Assembly (NCBI GenBank): GCA_965285935.1
Contig: OZ260666.1
Coordinates: 47,120,001 to 47,184,000 of the forward strand
From: Ophelia neglecta
Lineage: Eukaryota
DNA: 64,000 nucleotides
Direction of reading: 5' to 3'
The notes beneath the pieces are model-generated. The model worked only from the letters and a program-made list of their open reading frames with translations, ran no database searches and had not been told where the DNA came from. Below are positions 40,901 to 53,462 of this stretch, one piece after another. How positions within the stretch are numbered: position 1 is the stretch's first letter; the number at the start of each line of letters is the position of its first letter. A program made the position numbers and the translations under genes.

Positions 40901-43900
40901 ACTATATATAAGGAGAAAAAAAATGAATTTAAGTATGCATAACACAGAAATTGTTAACTGTATACATCTTTCATAAAATTATAAATCATTTAGGATGCAT
41001 GCACTGTACATTAAACCTGGATAAAGGGGAGTTTTCTTCGATGAAGTGGTGAATGAAGTTTCTTTTGGTGAATGTAGCTATGCATTTCGACTAAAACATG
41101 AGGATTCCAACAGGAGAATTAAAATAAGGGAGATTATGAATGCCCAACCTCCTGCTTCTATTACTCTTACCCTTGTTATTTTGTTTTACAGTTAGGAGAG
41201 GAGATAGACAAGATATTGTTGTTAGACGGGTTAAGGAGACGAGATCATGTACTGGAGCTGGCCAGATTGATGGTCAGAACTGAGAGTATGGATCAGAGAC
41301 TCTCACTGTTGAAAGTCATCAAGGTAAGCAGACACAGAACAAGTATATAGTAAAATATGTTGATTACTTAGCAAACAGTGTACAAAATTTATATGATCTG
41401 TATCTATTGAAAGTTGACTGGTTTATTGATTTGACATTGCAGGATACCAAGGAACCAGCCTGTCTGCGGCTGTTTTTGGACTACCATGGGCTCAGCCTGC
41501 TATGGAGCTGGATGGTAGATATTCCAGCTAATGCATACCAGTTCAAATCAGAAATCATCAACACCCTAAAACTGTTACCAATCGGGGACAAGACAATATT
41601 ACAGGAGAGTAAGGTTTTGTCTGTGGTTGAAAAATGGGCCACCCAGCTGGCTTCCCCTATCAGAGAGAAGGCAGAGGAACGCGATGAGAGTGACTCCAGT
41701 GTGGGCACACCTAAACAAACTGAGTCGGCACCCTCCAGTGCCCCCTCCACCCCTAGAGTAGACTATGATGTCATCCCTCCCAAGAAACGACCCCTGCTGG
41801 AGAGGTTAAAGCAGCAGGAGGAGACTAGCAGCTCCGAGGGGGAGATGTCGGACTCTACCAGTAAAAACAACAAACCTCTTGAGGAGAGCCTCCAAACCTT
41901 TGCTGACACTGCCGAGTCCTCTAGCGATGTTGACTGTGTGCCAGATTCTATAAAACTCCCTAGTAGTACAGGCACTCTTCCCAAACATGAGGGAGAAGAC
42001 AGCGTGTTAGTGTTAGGACAGGAATCGGTAGATAAGGCAGCTACAGGTCCAGAGGACTTGAACAAGGAGGCCTCAGGTGGTCCCGAGGCAGGGGACACTC
42101 GTGGCTGTGGGCAGCCGGAGACCACCAATGAGGACTGCACTGTGCTGATGGACATGGCCGCAGATCTGCTCAGCTTGTGGACCAATCTCAAGGAAGGCTT
42201 TAAGATTCCAAAAATACAAGTAGAGGAGAGGAAGAAAATAGAACTGGAGCTGGGTTAGTTATCACTAATTTCAATATCTTGAGTGCATTTAATTGAAAAC
42301 AATCTTGTCATAGTCTTGGTTTCCTTCAACATAGAAAACACTAATGACTCATTTAAGACCATGTTCATTTTGCAGACCAGAGATATACATCAGGACGAGA
42401 TCGAGATAGCAGACGAGATGGTGAGAACTTCAGTGATCGTGATAGAGACCGGGATCGGGATAGAGAACGTGATAGGGAAAGAGATCGGGATTGGAGAGAA
42501 AGGGAACATAGAGGTAATTATCCATCTTGATCTAAAGTATTATTCAATGTTAAGTATATTCACACCAATGGCCAACTGACGTGAAGGGATCTCTGCCCTG
42601 AAGATTTAGCTTGCAGTTTCTGTCATCTCTAGCAGTGGTGTGATGGGGAGTGTTTAGTTTGTTTAATGGAAGTTGAACTGACCTAGAAGGAGGTGGTATT
42701 ATGACTGAGTGACTGAATGGGAAAGAAAACTCTGGTTAAGGGAAAATTAAAAACCCAGAGCAGTGCTAGTACGAGTTTCCCTCAAATAAGATAGTCGAAG
42801 AATAGACAGACCATATTGCATTTGAATTATGTTTTGGGAATGCCTCCTGCCTTAGAGTGATTAATAATTAATAGGATTCATGTTTTTAGATCGGAAGCGT
42901 ACATATGATGACTCCCCTGATCGGTCCAGAAGAGATGAAAAGAGGAGAAGGCCATCAGAAGACTGGGAGAGACCTGAAGAAGTCAGCACCAAACCAAGGT
43001 AAGCAACAGATACAGCTCTGGCCAGAAAACCCATTTTATAGATTTATTCAATTTGTCGTACTGCTTGGTCAAAGGAGTAGCCTCAGCTTACAACAATCTT
43101 ACCACAACCCTAGCATCATCTGACAGCCTCTATTTAGAATGTATACACTGTGAATTGTCTAGTAATTGATGTGTAACTGTACATTTTTCCTCTCAGCTGT
43201 GCTATTTCCTTGCCATCTCGTGCTGACCAGACTGTTTGTGTGACCAGGCAATCCTGTGGGGAGTGGTATTCGTCTGTCCCTCCTCCTCCTCCTCCAAACA
43301 CTCCCCCTCCCCCTCCTAAACCTCCTTTCAGTGACTTCTATGCCATTCCTGTACTTCCACAATGTAACAAATCTTGTAACCCAAGCTTTCATAAAGTTGC
43401 TAAGCCTAGAAGGCAAGGCTTGTTTAAGAGCAGTGTCCCTGCTCCATCCCAGGGGCTTAAAAGCAGACGGCCATTTCATCCCCAGCTCCCTGTGGGACCT
43501 GACTTTGGTAAAAGTGCCCCTAGGCACACTTCCTCTGCATACTCCGGCCAACCCATGCCCCCTTCTCAACCTCTGTCTAAGAAATCTCAGTCATTGGATG
43601 GGTAAGATGTTAGCACAAGACTGCTCTCTAACACCTACTTAAGACTCATTAATTCTGCCCATTCTACTTTTCGCTCTAACACATCTTTACTTCATTTTGT
43701 TTTTATCAGTTTCAGTTGCTACAGTTTCCAAGTTGTATCGTTCCTATTTCTAAGTACTATGATACATATTTAATCCATGTCTCTAGACTTGATTTGACCT
43801 TAGTTGTCATATCACTATATTCCAAAAAGTGCCTAGTCTTGTTTCTAATTAGTGCAGTTTTTAGATGGATAAACCTTACTTTCCAGAAATTAATTTGTTG

Positions 43901-46597
43901 TTCAATAATCTTTAAAAAAAAATAAACAGTGATTATTGGTTGTTCTGAAATTAACACGGCCCTAAATAATTACACTCTCTCTCTCATTTCAGGAAGGTGT
44001 TGTTACCAACTCCTCAAAAATTGTCTAAGCAGGAGCGTCGTCAACTGTTTGAGGCGAAGGTGAAAGCCGAGGAGATGCAGAAGCAGATCATAGAGGCTGG
44101 TCAGCAGATGTATTCAGAGATGGGCTACACTGTGGAGGGATATGACCAGTACAACTACTACAACCAAGATCCGTACACCTCTGTACAAGATCCCAACACA
44201 GCAGTCTACACAGACCCTCAGGCCCAGGGTAAGCTTCAATATCTGAAAGGATTTAATCTGAAGCCATCCAAGACAGTGGCATGTTATTCTACATTGAACA
44301 AGTTGGTGTTTGATCAAGACTGGATGTACTGTAACAAATGTTCATCTTGCAGCTTTTCCTGAGCAGCAGCCTCAGATGATAATGCAGCCAGACGGCACAC
44401 TGATCCCAGCCCCACTGCCTGTCCAGCAGGTGGCAGTACAGGCACAGGTTGTCACCATGGAGTCTGGCCAGGCCCCGGCAGAGTATGTGGAGCCAGCTCC
44501 CCCTCAGGTCATCTACCAGCCCTCAGTCACGCCATATCAGGTAAGTCCTATCTATCAATACAAGTGAGGTGATTATTAAATCTATAAATGACCCTTTATA
44601 ATTGCATTGGCTGAAAGAACTATTGAATTTGTTTGAATGTCTCCAGGCCCCCATTCAGCAGCAGTATGTTCAGGCCCCTGTCAGTGCAGCAGTAGCAGCC
44701 GGCCATCCAGTCAGTTATGTACAATCACAACCCCCTGCCATAGTACACACTCTGACTGGCCAACAGGTATGTGCAAACCTCAGTTGCAACTGGGAATTAT
44801 TTTGACAGTCTGTAAATTATCTATTAAGTATCAGTTCTTGAGTATGAATAAGTATAAATAGTGAAATAAGAACAGTTTCAAGTAAAATATTTAAGAGTCA
44901 GATGGTATAAGGCAACCCTGAATCCAATGTGAAGACCTATATAAAAATGGCATTCAATGTATCCTATTTAGGTGTATTACACGACCACCCCAGTAGGCTC
45001 TGTGATAGTCCAGCAACCCATGGTTCAGCCTGCCCCCCAGACTCAGGTCATCCAGCTGGCTCCTGACAGCTCCAGCCTGCCATTTGGAGCAGTCAGCCCT
45101 GCTCCAGGCTCCACAGCAATCCGGCGAGACCCCAGGGAGCCTCCCCCACCCCCACCCTCACCGCCTCCCAAGCCCAAGGCTCCTCGATTACCTCCCAACT
45201 GGAAAACAGCAAAAGATGCAGAGGGCAAGACCTACTACTATCACACTGTCACAAGGTAAGCTGCCTGGGTAGATGAACCCCTGACTTATATTGTACCAAA
45301 ATGTTGGGTAAATCATCAGACTTCATTTAGGCAGCACTACACTCACCTGGTAACCACTTCCGGGACTGGACAGTAGCATGTAAACAACTCAGGCAACCTC
45401 CCACCACTAACAGACATTAAAAGTTGATTTTAACTTGATTTCATATTAATAAGACAAAATTGACATAATATACATACATTTAGATGTAATCCTTATTAAA
45501 AGTGCCCAGCGTACACAATAATAGTCTCATTGATGGCCTTTTGTGGGACCTGTTAGTAGACTCATCATATTTTACCTCCGTGTTTTATAACACGGGAAAT
45601 TTGTTTGATGAAATTAATATTTGTGTGAGAGTGCTGTTTGTAGCTTGATGAAATGTTGTGTCTCATTGCAGACAAACCCAGTGGGAGATGCCACAGTGGG
45701 AGTCCAGCGAGCCTGAGGAGGACATGGACCTCGGCACCCCCACCCACGACGAGCCCAAGAAGAAGAAAACCACCACCGCGGCAGCTGACACCTCCTCAGA
45801 GGTGGCCAAAAGAATTAAGGACCAATTCAGGACCAAGGCAAGTTCACTCTAGTCTGGCTCAAATATTAGTCTGCCTCAAAATAGTAGTCTTGCTTTTATG
45901 GCTGGTTTGTTCAACAATGCCATAAGATTGCCATATATGTTAAAAATGATGACCTCCGTTTTTAAAGTTGAATGCATTTCTGCCTACCACAAAAAAAAAA
46001 GTTGATATCTTTCTTACATTTTTCTGTGTATTTCCAGATGTCAAAGCATGTAGTGACGTGTCTAGGACCGTTCCGCAAACCTGACTGTAAACTGGGACGT
46101 ATTATAACCTCAGATGACTTCAAGCACTTAGCTAGAAAAGTATGCCCGTAATTCTCTCATGTCAAGTGGCCACATTTTATTCCTTGTTAGATGCTGCTTA
46201 AAAAAATATTTAGAAATTCATCTAAATAATACAAACTAACAAAACAATAAAGAAACAGGTCTATTTATAGAGTTCCATGAATACCAGTTTTTATTTATTA
46301 CAGTCATACAAAGGTTTCTAGCAAGATTGATGGCTTCAAAATCCTATTGCACACTGTGTAGTTTAATAGAGTTGGCTTTTAATGCTCTGTTCAAATGCCT
46401 GAAATAATTCGTCTTAAACCAACCATCTTTTCTTTCTTTCGCAGCTAACCCATGCTGTTTTGGACAAAGAGCTTAAGCACTGTCATCATCTAGAAGACTT
46501 AGAAGTCAATGAAAATACCAAAGCTAAGGCTAAGGACTATGTTAAGAAATACATGGGCAAGTTTGGCACGGTTTACAAGAAGCCACGCAATGAGTAA
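31949..46597 (+). CDS. SETD2: Histone-lysine N-methyltransferase SETD2 (H3K36me3); 5' start unresolved
   Basis: In-frame exons 31949-36643, 36751-36888, 37158-37209, 37350-37426, 38062-38263, 40126-40223, 40430-40568, 41192-41323, 41443-42253, 42376-42513, 42890-42998, [43197-43601], 43993-44228, 44353-44540, 44647-44766, 44972-45255, 45672-45837, 46038-46139, 46445-46597. Domains: AWS (CGDDCLNRMLLIEC), SET (KGWGL, [40 protein letters not shown]), post-SET (CFCGAENCRG), WW (LPPNWKTAKDAEGKTYYYH...QW), SRI (KPDCKLGRI...DFKHLARKLTH). Confidence 0.96.
36453..36575 (+). repeat. Coding 18-bp minisatellite giving acidic hexapeptide repeats (PEEIT-like) in SETD2
   Basis: LPEEITRSEEAIQPEETTQPKEVPQPEEITPAEEVTLPVEE, just upstream of the AWS domain. 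Confidence 0.7.
43197..43601 (+). CDS. Probable SETD2 proline-rich cassette exon (405 nt, phase 2-2)
   Basis: Strong acceptor tttttcctctcag, donor GG|gtaaga, open in the SETD2 frame; flanking exons also join in frame without it. Confidence 0.7.
45838..46037 (+). other. GC-AG intron in the SETD2 SRI-coding region
   Basis: AAG|GCAAGT donor is needed to join ...QFRTK to MSKHVV...; reading through hits a stop after four codons. Confidence 0.88.
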
Positions 46598-48070
46598 ACT
46601 TAGGCAATACCATTGACATATTGTGTATATAATTGTGTGTAAGGTCACAGTTTGTGTATTAAAGTGTGGTTCTCATTGTATGGTAGAGTGCTAACTGTTA
46701 TATTTGATGTCCATTTATTTTACAAAAAGTGCCCTGCTTTGAATTTTATGGAGTTAATAAATCATTTATAAAAGTTGTGTAAAGTGCAAAAAAGGCATGA
46801 TTTATTAAAAGTGTTTTTTTCTCTGTCAAATGTATACGAAGTTGACATGATTGCTGTGTGTACTGTACAGATGACTCATTCTTATTAATGTACGTTTGAA
46901 AATGAACTTTTCTTGTTCTGGATGCAAGCCCTGGTAAAATGTCTATAGGATCTTCTCCTCTGATTCATATTGAATCACACATTGATGTAGTAGGTTGCCA
47001 CCAATAAGGACTCTTGTCGGTAGAGCTGGTGTGTGGGTAATTCCTGTATATAATACACGGGGACCACTCGCCTGGAACTACTTTCTATTATCAGTTAAAC
47101 CCATGTGGCCAGTTTTCTGTTGCTTGACAAGTCATTTCTTGATAGGGTTGTTAATGAACCCAGTAAGCCAATCCAAGGAAACTACAAGTAACAGTGCTAA
47201 GGCAATGTTTATACATAACTTGCGGTGTATTGTGGTATGCATTAAGCAGAAAACCTCAACTCTTGTAGTCTTGTGACATAAAATGCACTCCAATTTTAGC
47301 ATTTGGGCTGAACATTAACGGACAGTCTCATGAAAACCTGTACACAATAATGTGTATCCTACAAATCGCAGTTCTTGCAAAATTTTCATGTCTTTTTCAC
47401 AACCACTTTATTTGTACAAGCTTTTCTGTTGCTTGTATGATAAGGCTTTTATTTATTTTAACTGTGACGACATTCATTTGGTACAAACAGAAAAGGAACT
47501 GCACTAACAAGGTATCTAAAAGCTTAAATGATATTATTTAAACATTTGATATAGGTAAATTTTGGCAAAATAACAATACTAGATTTATATGTCTTGTATT
47601 ATCTGTTTATTTGGTTTTAATATAAAGTTGGATTCTTAGACTGTCTACAAGCAGTTCTAGTGTAAGGCTTCCTTATTCTGCTGTACTGTACAAATTGTTT
47701 TCCTCTTATAAGAACAAATCATGTAATGATTACTTTGGCCAAACAGATTTTTAATTTTCTATGAAGGACATTCACTGAGAAATAAAACATATAAAACAAA
47801 AAAGAGCTGTTTTCTCATGCACTGTTATTTTATTTTGATCACTTGTTTTTTAAAGTTAGCATAGGAATCTATAATGATCATTCATTCCACACCCCACACC
47901 CAACCCCGAAAATCCTCAATGCATCTGCTTAGAAATAATAATAATTTGATTTACCCCTATCATTAGGTATTTATTTCCATAGAACTAGGCCAGGAATGAT
48001 TTATTAAACTACCCTGCCTCGGGCCCATGTGACTAAGCCTCACTTGAGCACGGTAAATCAAAACTGAGTG

Positions 48071-48141
48071 CTGCCATCTGGCGATTCAACAGGTGCGTCA
48101 TGCAAAACACAAGGTCTAAAAGAGAAGGCGCCATCTAACGA
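48071..48141. promoter_or_regulatory. Two co-oriented CTCF-like motifs between the SETD2 3' end and the CPTP-like promoter
   Basis: Minus-strand CGCCAGATGGCAG (48071-48083) and CGTTAGATGGCGC (48128-48140) resemble the CTCF core AG(A/G)(G/T)GGC(A/G); local CpG enrichment. Confidence 0.4.
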
Positions 48142-48320
48142 TTAAAAATGCCAGTGCTCAGAAACACTTCTTTCTTGTTATGATCGGTCTCTACTAAATT
48201 TGATCAACTTCCTGCGTAAAACGGGTGACAACTTGACCAGATCAGCGCTTACGATCGTTCCGTCTTCTATTTTGATTAAAAGTAGCTCATTGGCTTTCCT
48301 GAACGAAATAACGGACTATC

Positions 48321-51300
48321 ATGTCGACTGATCAATCAAAACCCGATGTTCACCATCTCTTGGACTGTCTGGACAAATGTCGCAGAAAAGATGGGTCCCT
48401 GAAAACAGACCATTACCTAGGTGCCTTTGGTGAACTAAATAGGTAGCTTCAACTAGTTTTCACTTCTGTTCTGTTATGTATGTTGTTCAAGCCTCCTCTA
48501 TAGGAGCCATCAGAGACTGCAAAATTAACTCTTGAATCCAATTTAACAGTTACTGTCAGATACAATATCATCCACTGTACCCAGTAGGTAACTCACAGTG
48601 CAGTGTAGCAATTGGTTAACACCTTTGGTTTCTCTCACAAGGCAAAATATAACACTCCTACACACTAAGGCCTAAATATTTAATAATTGTTTACATCCAT
48701 GAATCCATGACTCATGCCTTGCTGAATTTTGTTTTTTAATATTCCAGCCCTTGTTCAAACCATGATCATATGTATGAACCTACTTTTGTAAAGTTGTTGA
48801 CACATATGCTCATGTGCCGTCCGCACTGTCCCGGGTTAACTCGCGAGGATGCCAACTCGCACGACAGGCAACTCGCGCGTGCTTGTTTTAATATAACGTT
48901 AGTTTAGTATGTTTGACATGTTGACAAGACATCCATAACTCCCATTATGATTTGTAAATATGAAAGAAATAAATAGAAACCATTACTCTCCCCTAAATGT
49001 AGCCACCCTTTATCCAAGTCGGCCTGTTTGCCCACGAAGCAATATGGTGACTAGCGAATATCTGAGTTTAGAAAGCCCTGTGTAATGGAAATGAGCAACA
49101 ATATATATATATTTTTTTTAAATTCTAGCGATCTATCTGGTGGTAAAATGACCACAAGTTAGTTTTTACCACAACAATGTAGTAAACCATCCAAACATAA
49201 TAACTGTGAAAATAACCTCGAGCCACTTGGTGACCGTGCGAGTTGTGGCCCGCACAAGTTAGCACCTGCGCAAGTTGACTGGACACCTTCTGAACATGTC
49301 TTTAATTTATACTAACCACTAATATTTTTATGTATTAACTTGTTCCCTGCTCAAGTGGTTTTAATGTCCCTCTCTTTAAGACTTATACAAAGGTAAATTT
49401 ACACTTAATGTACATTTCAAGGCCTTTACTCTTCACTTTTTTTGGGTGCAGACCTTATTTCCTTTAATTTTGCATTTATTATGCATCCACACTAGGTCTT
49501 CAACGGGCCTCAAACAACCCATCCATTCTGTGGCTGAAACTCTTTAAATAAGCATGTTTGACTGTATATAAATAGTTAATCAAAATACTAATTACAAGCC
49601 CTTATTTCTTCCAGCCCTGGTTGTAAGTAGTTAAGTGGTGTGTTTGTTGCAGTGCTTCTGTATTGACAGGTTCTACTTCTTGAAACTAATGGATTGTCCC
49701 AGAATTGAATGATGTCCCACCTGTGTGACCACTGATGCTATAAACAGAAGATGCCTTGCTATTGCTTTCTACATGGTATGACTATTTACTGCTTTGTGTA
49801 GGTAGCAGGGGAAGAGGGGGGGGGGGGATGTGTGAAGGCCACCCCAGAAGCTCTGGGAATTTTAAAGGGCTAACATGGTGAGGCAGTGATTGGTTTCCAC
49901 TAATAAGAAATAAATCTAGGGGGGGGGGGGGTATCCCTATATTTGCACATATGTCCAACAATTAATAATTAAGTGATGCTCATGCAGGCACCACCTGCTT
50001 TATAGATGTATTTAAGTGTTCATTGAGAAAAAAATTGTCAAGCCAAGTCATCGCAATAAATGAGTTGAAAGTGTATGATTATTTTTTTTTTCTCAAGTAT
50101 TGATGCTACAATGGTTGATGCGGACAGACTTGTCTTAACCAAACCCTTATTTGGTATATAGGATAGAAAAAATAAAATCTGGTGTTTAAAAACATCATTT
50201 CTAGGAGAGGTTTGGTGTATAAAAGGTGGAAAATAGTGAGCAAGCATCTCTGAATGTATATATGTATAATATTGCATTTGGTTGATCATTGTTTGCACTG
50301 AAACCTTGCACTATCTGTTTTAATCCCTGAATAAGAAAACCATAAATAAAAATGAACTGGAATTAACAAATGTACCAGGTACATGTACCGCCTACAACCT
50401 ACTATCATATGTCTATCAGGATATAATAAGCGGTATCTCAGCAGTGTCTCAAACCCCCTAGACCAGTGTGCTTTAATAAAATATATAGTATAGTATTCAA
50501 GACTCTAATATTGTAAGCATTGAATAGAAAAAAAATTGCACATGTTTGGTCTTTCATAACTAAAGCATAACATACCTATTGCCATCAAATATTACAATAT
50601 ACTTTGGTATGAATATAACTGGTGAGTAGATTATAACCACTTAAATGTTTTCTGTTAAATCTAAAATAATCTGAATTGATAAGTGAATTATTTGTCCAGT
50701 TTAGATAAATAAAGAAATTATTAGATAGACCTGGGTGGTTAACATGTATAAATTATACCATTATTATAGTCTGCTTTATATGCTTTGTTGATTAGCTAGT
50801 TTAGTCTATTTAAATAGCGTGTTTGGATTTTACTAGGTATAATAAAGAAATTAGATTATTTTTGATATATTAACCGTGTTCAATTCCATTAAAAATGTGT
50901 TCTTGTGTCTCCTGCCAGGTTGTTTCACTGTATGGGGAAAGGCCTTGGTTTAACTATGTATAGCCTTCCTCCGGCCATTAGGGCATTGGAAATCCATCGA
51001 GTCAAAGGGGCTGGATGTCACTACGACAATTTCACACTCATGTTGGAGTATGAGGCAGAAAATAAGCTGCTGAAGGGCAGCCCCAAGCTGATGTCTGGGA
51101 CCTCAGCACTGTCACAGCTTCACCAATCACTGAGCTTTGTCCTGGCATTTCTCAAAAAACTCACTTGGGCTTTAGAAACGGACAAACCATTCGAGGTCTC
51201 ACAGAGGGGCAGAATGTACTCGGTAAGCTCTCATAGATATGAGTGAATGAATGAATCTTTATGTTCTCAAGCCATACAACTGTACAAGGACCCTTTAAAA

Positions 51301-52460
51301 GGAAATAAATATTTAATCACAACATACTTAATCCTGCCCCACTCCATATAAACGCAACATTCTCATCCTTCCCTACCCTATATAAATACAACATACCCTA
51401 CCTCACCCATATCAACTAAGTGTAAATAAACAGAAAACATTAAGAGTGAAACTCCCTGTCTGGTGGCTTCTAGCTATAGAGACAAACTTTTATGGTTGTA
51501 CATGTATAACCAGTAATACTACTTGTAATAATAATTATTATTTCATTGGTGGCTCAAGTTTTATAATTCTCTTTGTCTGGAATTTCTTTGGAAATTATAT
51601 TATGGTAGTGAATAATAATTTACAAAATGCTGTGGTTATGTAGGTTCAGGAGCAATCTTAGGCAAATTACTTTTTTCTGCTTTCAATTAAAGCTGCATTT
51701 AAATGGGCATAGCAATGGGGAAACTACCTAGTCTGGTCCAGCCAGCTTTCAGATGTGGGTTGTTACAATAATGGTGCTATGTAACTATGTCAGTCTTATT
51801 TCCACAAGCTTCCATGTACATGTGTTCAAATGATCTGAAGCACAGTAGTCTGAAGATCACACTGTATGTGTACAAATTATCTGAAGCACAGTTGTCTGAA
51901 GATCACACTGTATGTGTACAAATGATCTGAAGCACAGTAGTCTGAAGATCACACTGTATGTGTACAAATGTTCTGAAGCACAGTAGTCTGAAGATCACAC
52001 TGTATGTGTACAAATGATCTAAAGCACAGTAGTCTGAAGATCACACTGTAAAAATTGACTGAATTAAGGTTTTTACCTGACGTCTGCTTACCATTAAGAC
52101 ATATTAAAATACATTAAAACACCCTAAAGCAAAATAACAAATAGCGTGACCCATATAACACGATGGCCTGGGCACCATGTTTGGAATCAAATTAAACCAA
52201 GTGGTTTGGAATAAATGTAAATTTTTTGGTATATTTTAAAGGAGACACTGGCCCATTTCCACCCTGTTTGGGTCAGAAGCTCTGTCAAGGTGCTGCTCCT
52301 CCGATCACCTGGAAGACAGGAGTGGATGAAACGGCTGGACCGATATTGTCAAGGAGATACTCAACCACTGCAGCTGCTGAAAAGTATCGTGGAAAAAGCC
52401 ACTCCAATATATGTTGCAACTACTGAATTATTTAGGAGTCATGCACTAAGGGCAACTTGA
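48321..52460 (+). CDS. Divergent ceramide-1-phosphate transfer protein-like (GLTP fold), 214 aa
   Basis: Exons 48321-48442, 50919-51222, 52242-52460 (645 nt) join in frame. Collinear with recalled human CPTP: DHYLGAFGELNRLFHCMG, HYDNFTLMLEYE, SGTSALSQLHQSLSFVLAFL, YSETLAHFHPVWVR, PIYVATTELFRSHAL. Confidence 0.85.
48826..49287. mobile_element. Non-autonomous DNA element with inverted subterminal repeat arrays, in CPTP-like intron 1
   Basis: Three AACTCGC units at about 16-nt spacing (48838-48878), mirrored by GCGAGTT/GCACAAGTT/GCGCAAGTT (49236-49277); AT-rich interior. Confidence 0.55.
51821..52050. repeat. 46-bp minisatellite, 5 copies
   Basis: Unit TGTGTACAAATGATCTGAAGCACAGTAGTCTGAAGATCACACTGTA with 0-2 substitutions per copy. 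Confidence 0.95.
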
Positions 52461-53257
52461 CATTTGAAAGACTTTTAAGTAAAAGTAAAACTAAAATGTT
52501 ATAAAACCAGCAATTTGTGTGTGCATATTACACCTGCATAAAGACACTTATGGAAAAGTATGATTTTCAATGTAGCATGATGTTTTCCTGCGATTTTTAC
52601 ACATTTTTATATTCTTGGAGATTTTTATCCATGTCAGTTGCCATCTTGTGGTCGATTTTATACCCAGTATGTACAATCTCTTTAAAATATAAATTGTTAA
52701 GATTATACTGATTTCACCAAACTACATTAATTTCCTTTCTTTATTTATTTTAATACATTAATTTGCTCAACAAGACTGAAAGTAGCTTGCATAATATATT
52801 ATAGTTACTCCCAGTGGTGCTATAGGTACAGTTTTTTATATGGCTGTTCTTTAATAACCTGCTCATAGTAGTTATCAATCTATAGGCTACTCTCTTCTAT
52901 CAACAAAATGCAGTAGAAATTTGGTATGTTAGCAGGCTAGTACATTAACTGTTATTGTGAATTTGTGATGTATTCACTTGGACTATTTATTCATTTATTT
53001 CAAAATGATAATTTCATCTTCTAACCTTCTGTTAGAATGCTAGTTTTAGAACTTATTTATTCATTGTTTAAGGATTCTTGTTGTCTCACAACAAATTGCC
53101 TTGTATTTATAATGTATGGCAAAAAATTAATCCTATGATATAGAATGCAATTAGTAGGCTTATTAACACCTGGTAAAAAAGACAACACCGTGTATCCAAC
53201 AAGCAGCTACCAAAGAAAAATGTGAGTTATGTCTTAGAAAAGTGGAAATATAATATG

Positions 53258-53462
53258 CAGTGGTGTAGGAACCGGGGGGGCTGGGGGTGGGCCATGCCCC
53301 CCCCCCACTTATAAAATTTATAAAGTTTTTTTATGCCTTACTCACCATTTCATGCAATTGCCTGTGTTTTGAGCAAACAATTTGGAGGGGGGGGGGGGGG
53401 GGCTGGTCAGGTACTTTAAGGGTGGGGGGCATAAGGGGGAGGGGGTCTGGAACCCACCTTTT
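53258..53462. repeat. G/C-homopolymer-rich short interspersed element remnants
   Basis: CAGTGGTGTAGGAACCGGGGGGG...GCCCCCCCCCACTT followed by further G runs; similar poly-G/poly-C patches near 3900, 20450, 49820-49930 and 63865. Confidence 0.4.

Noticed and set aside
43159-43642. Three overlapping open frames across the SETD2 cassette exon as a dual-coding region
   Set aside because: C-rich proline codons deplete stops in other frames; only one frame fits both splice phases.
51821-52050. Five-unit direct repeat as a CRISPR array or tandem hammerhead ribozymes (contains CUGAAGA and a small ACAC/GUGU stem)
   Set aside because: No unique spacers or cas genes, and the context is a eukaryotic intron. 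The hammerhead GAAA core reads CAAA and stems I and III cannot be formed.
52226-52426. Listed 66-aa ORF taken as the CPTP-like last exon, or as evidence of a frameshifted pseudogene
   Set aside because: The real exon uses another frame from the acceptor at 52241, and the spliced 645-nt CDS is intact.
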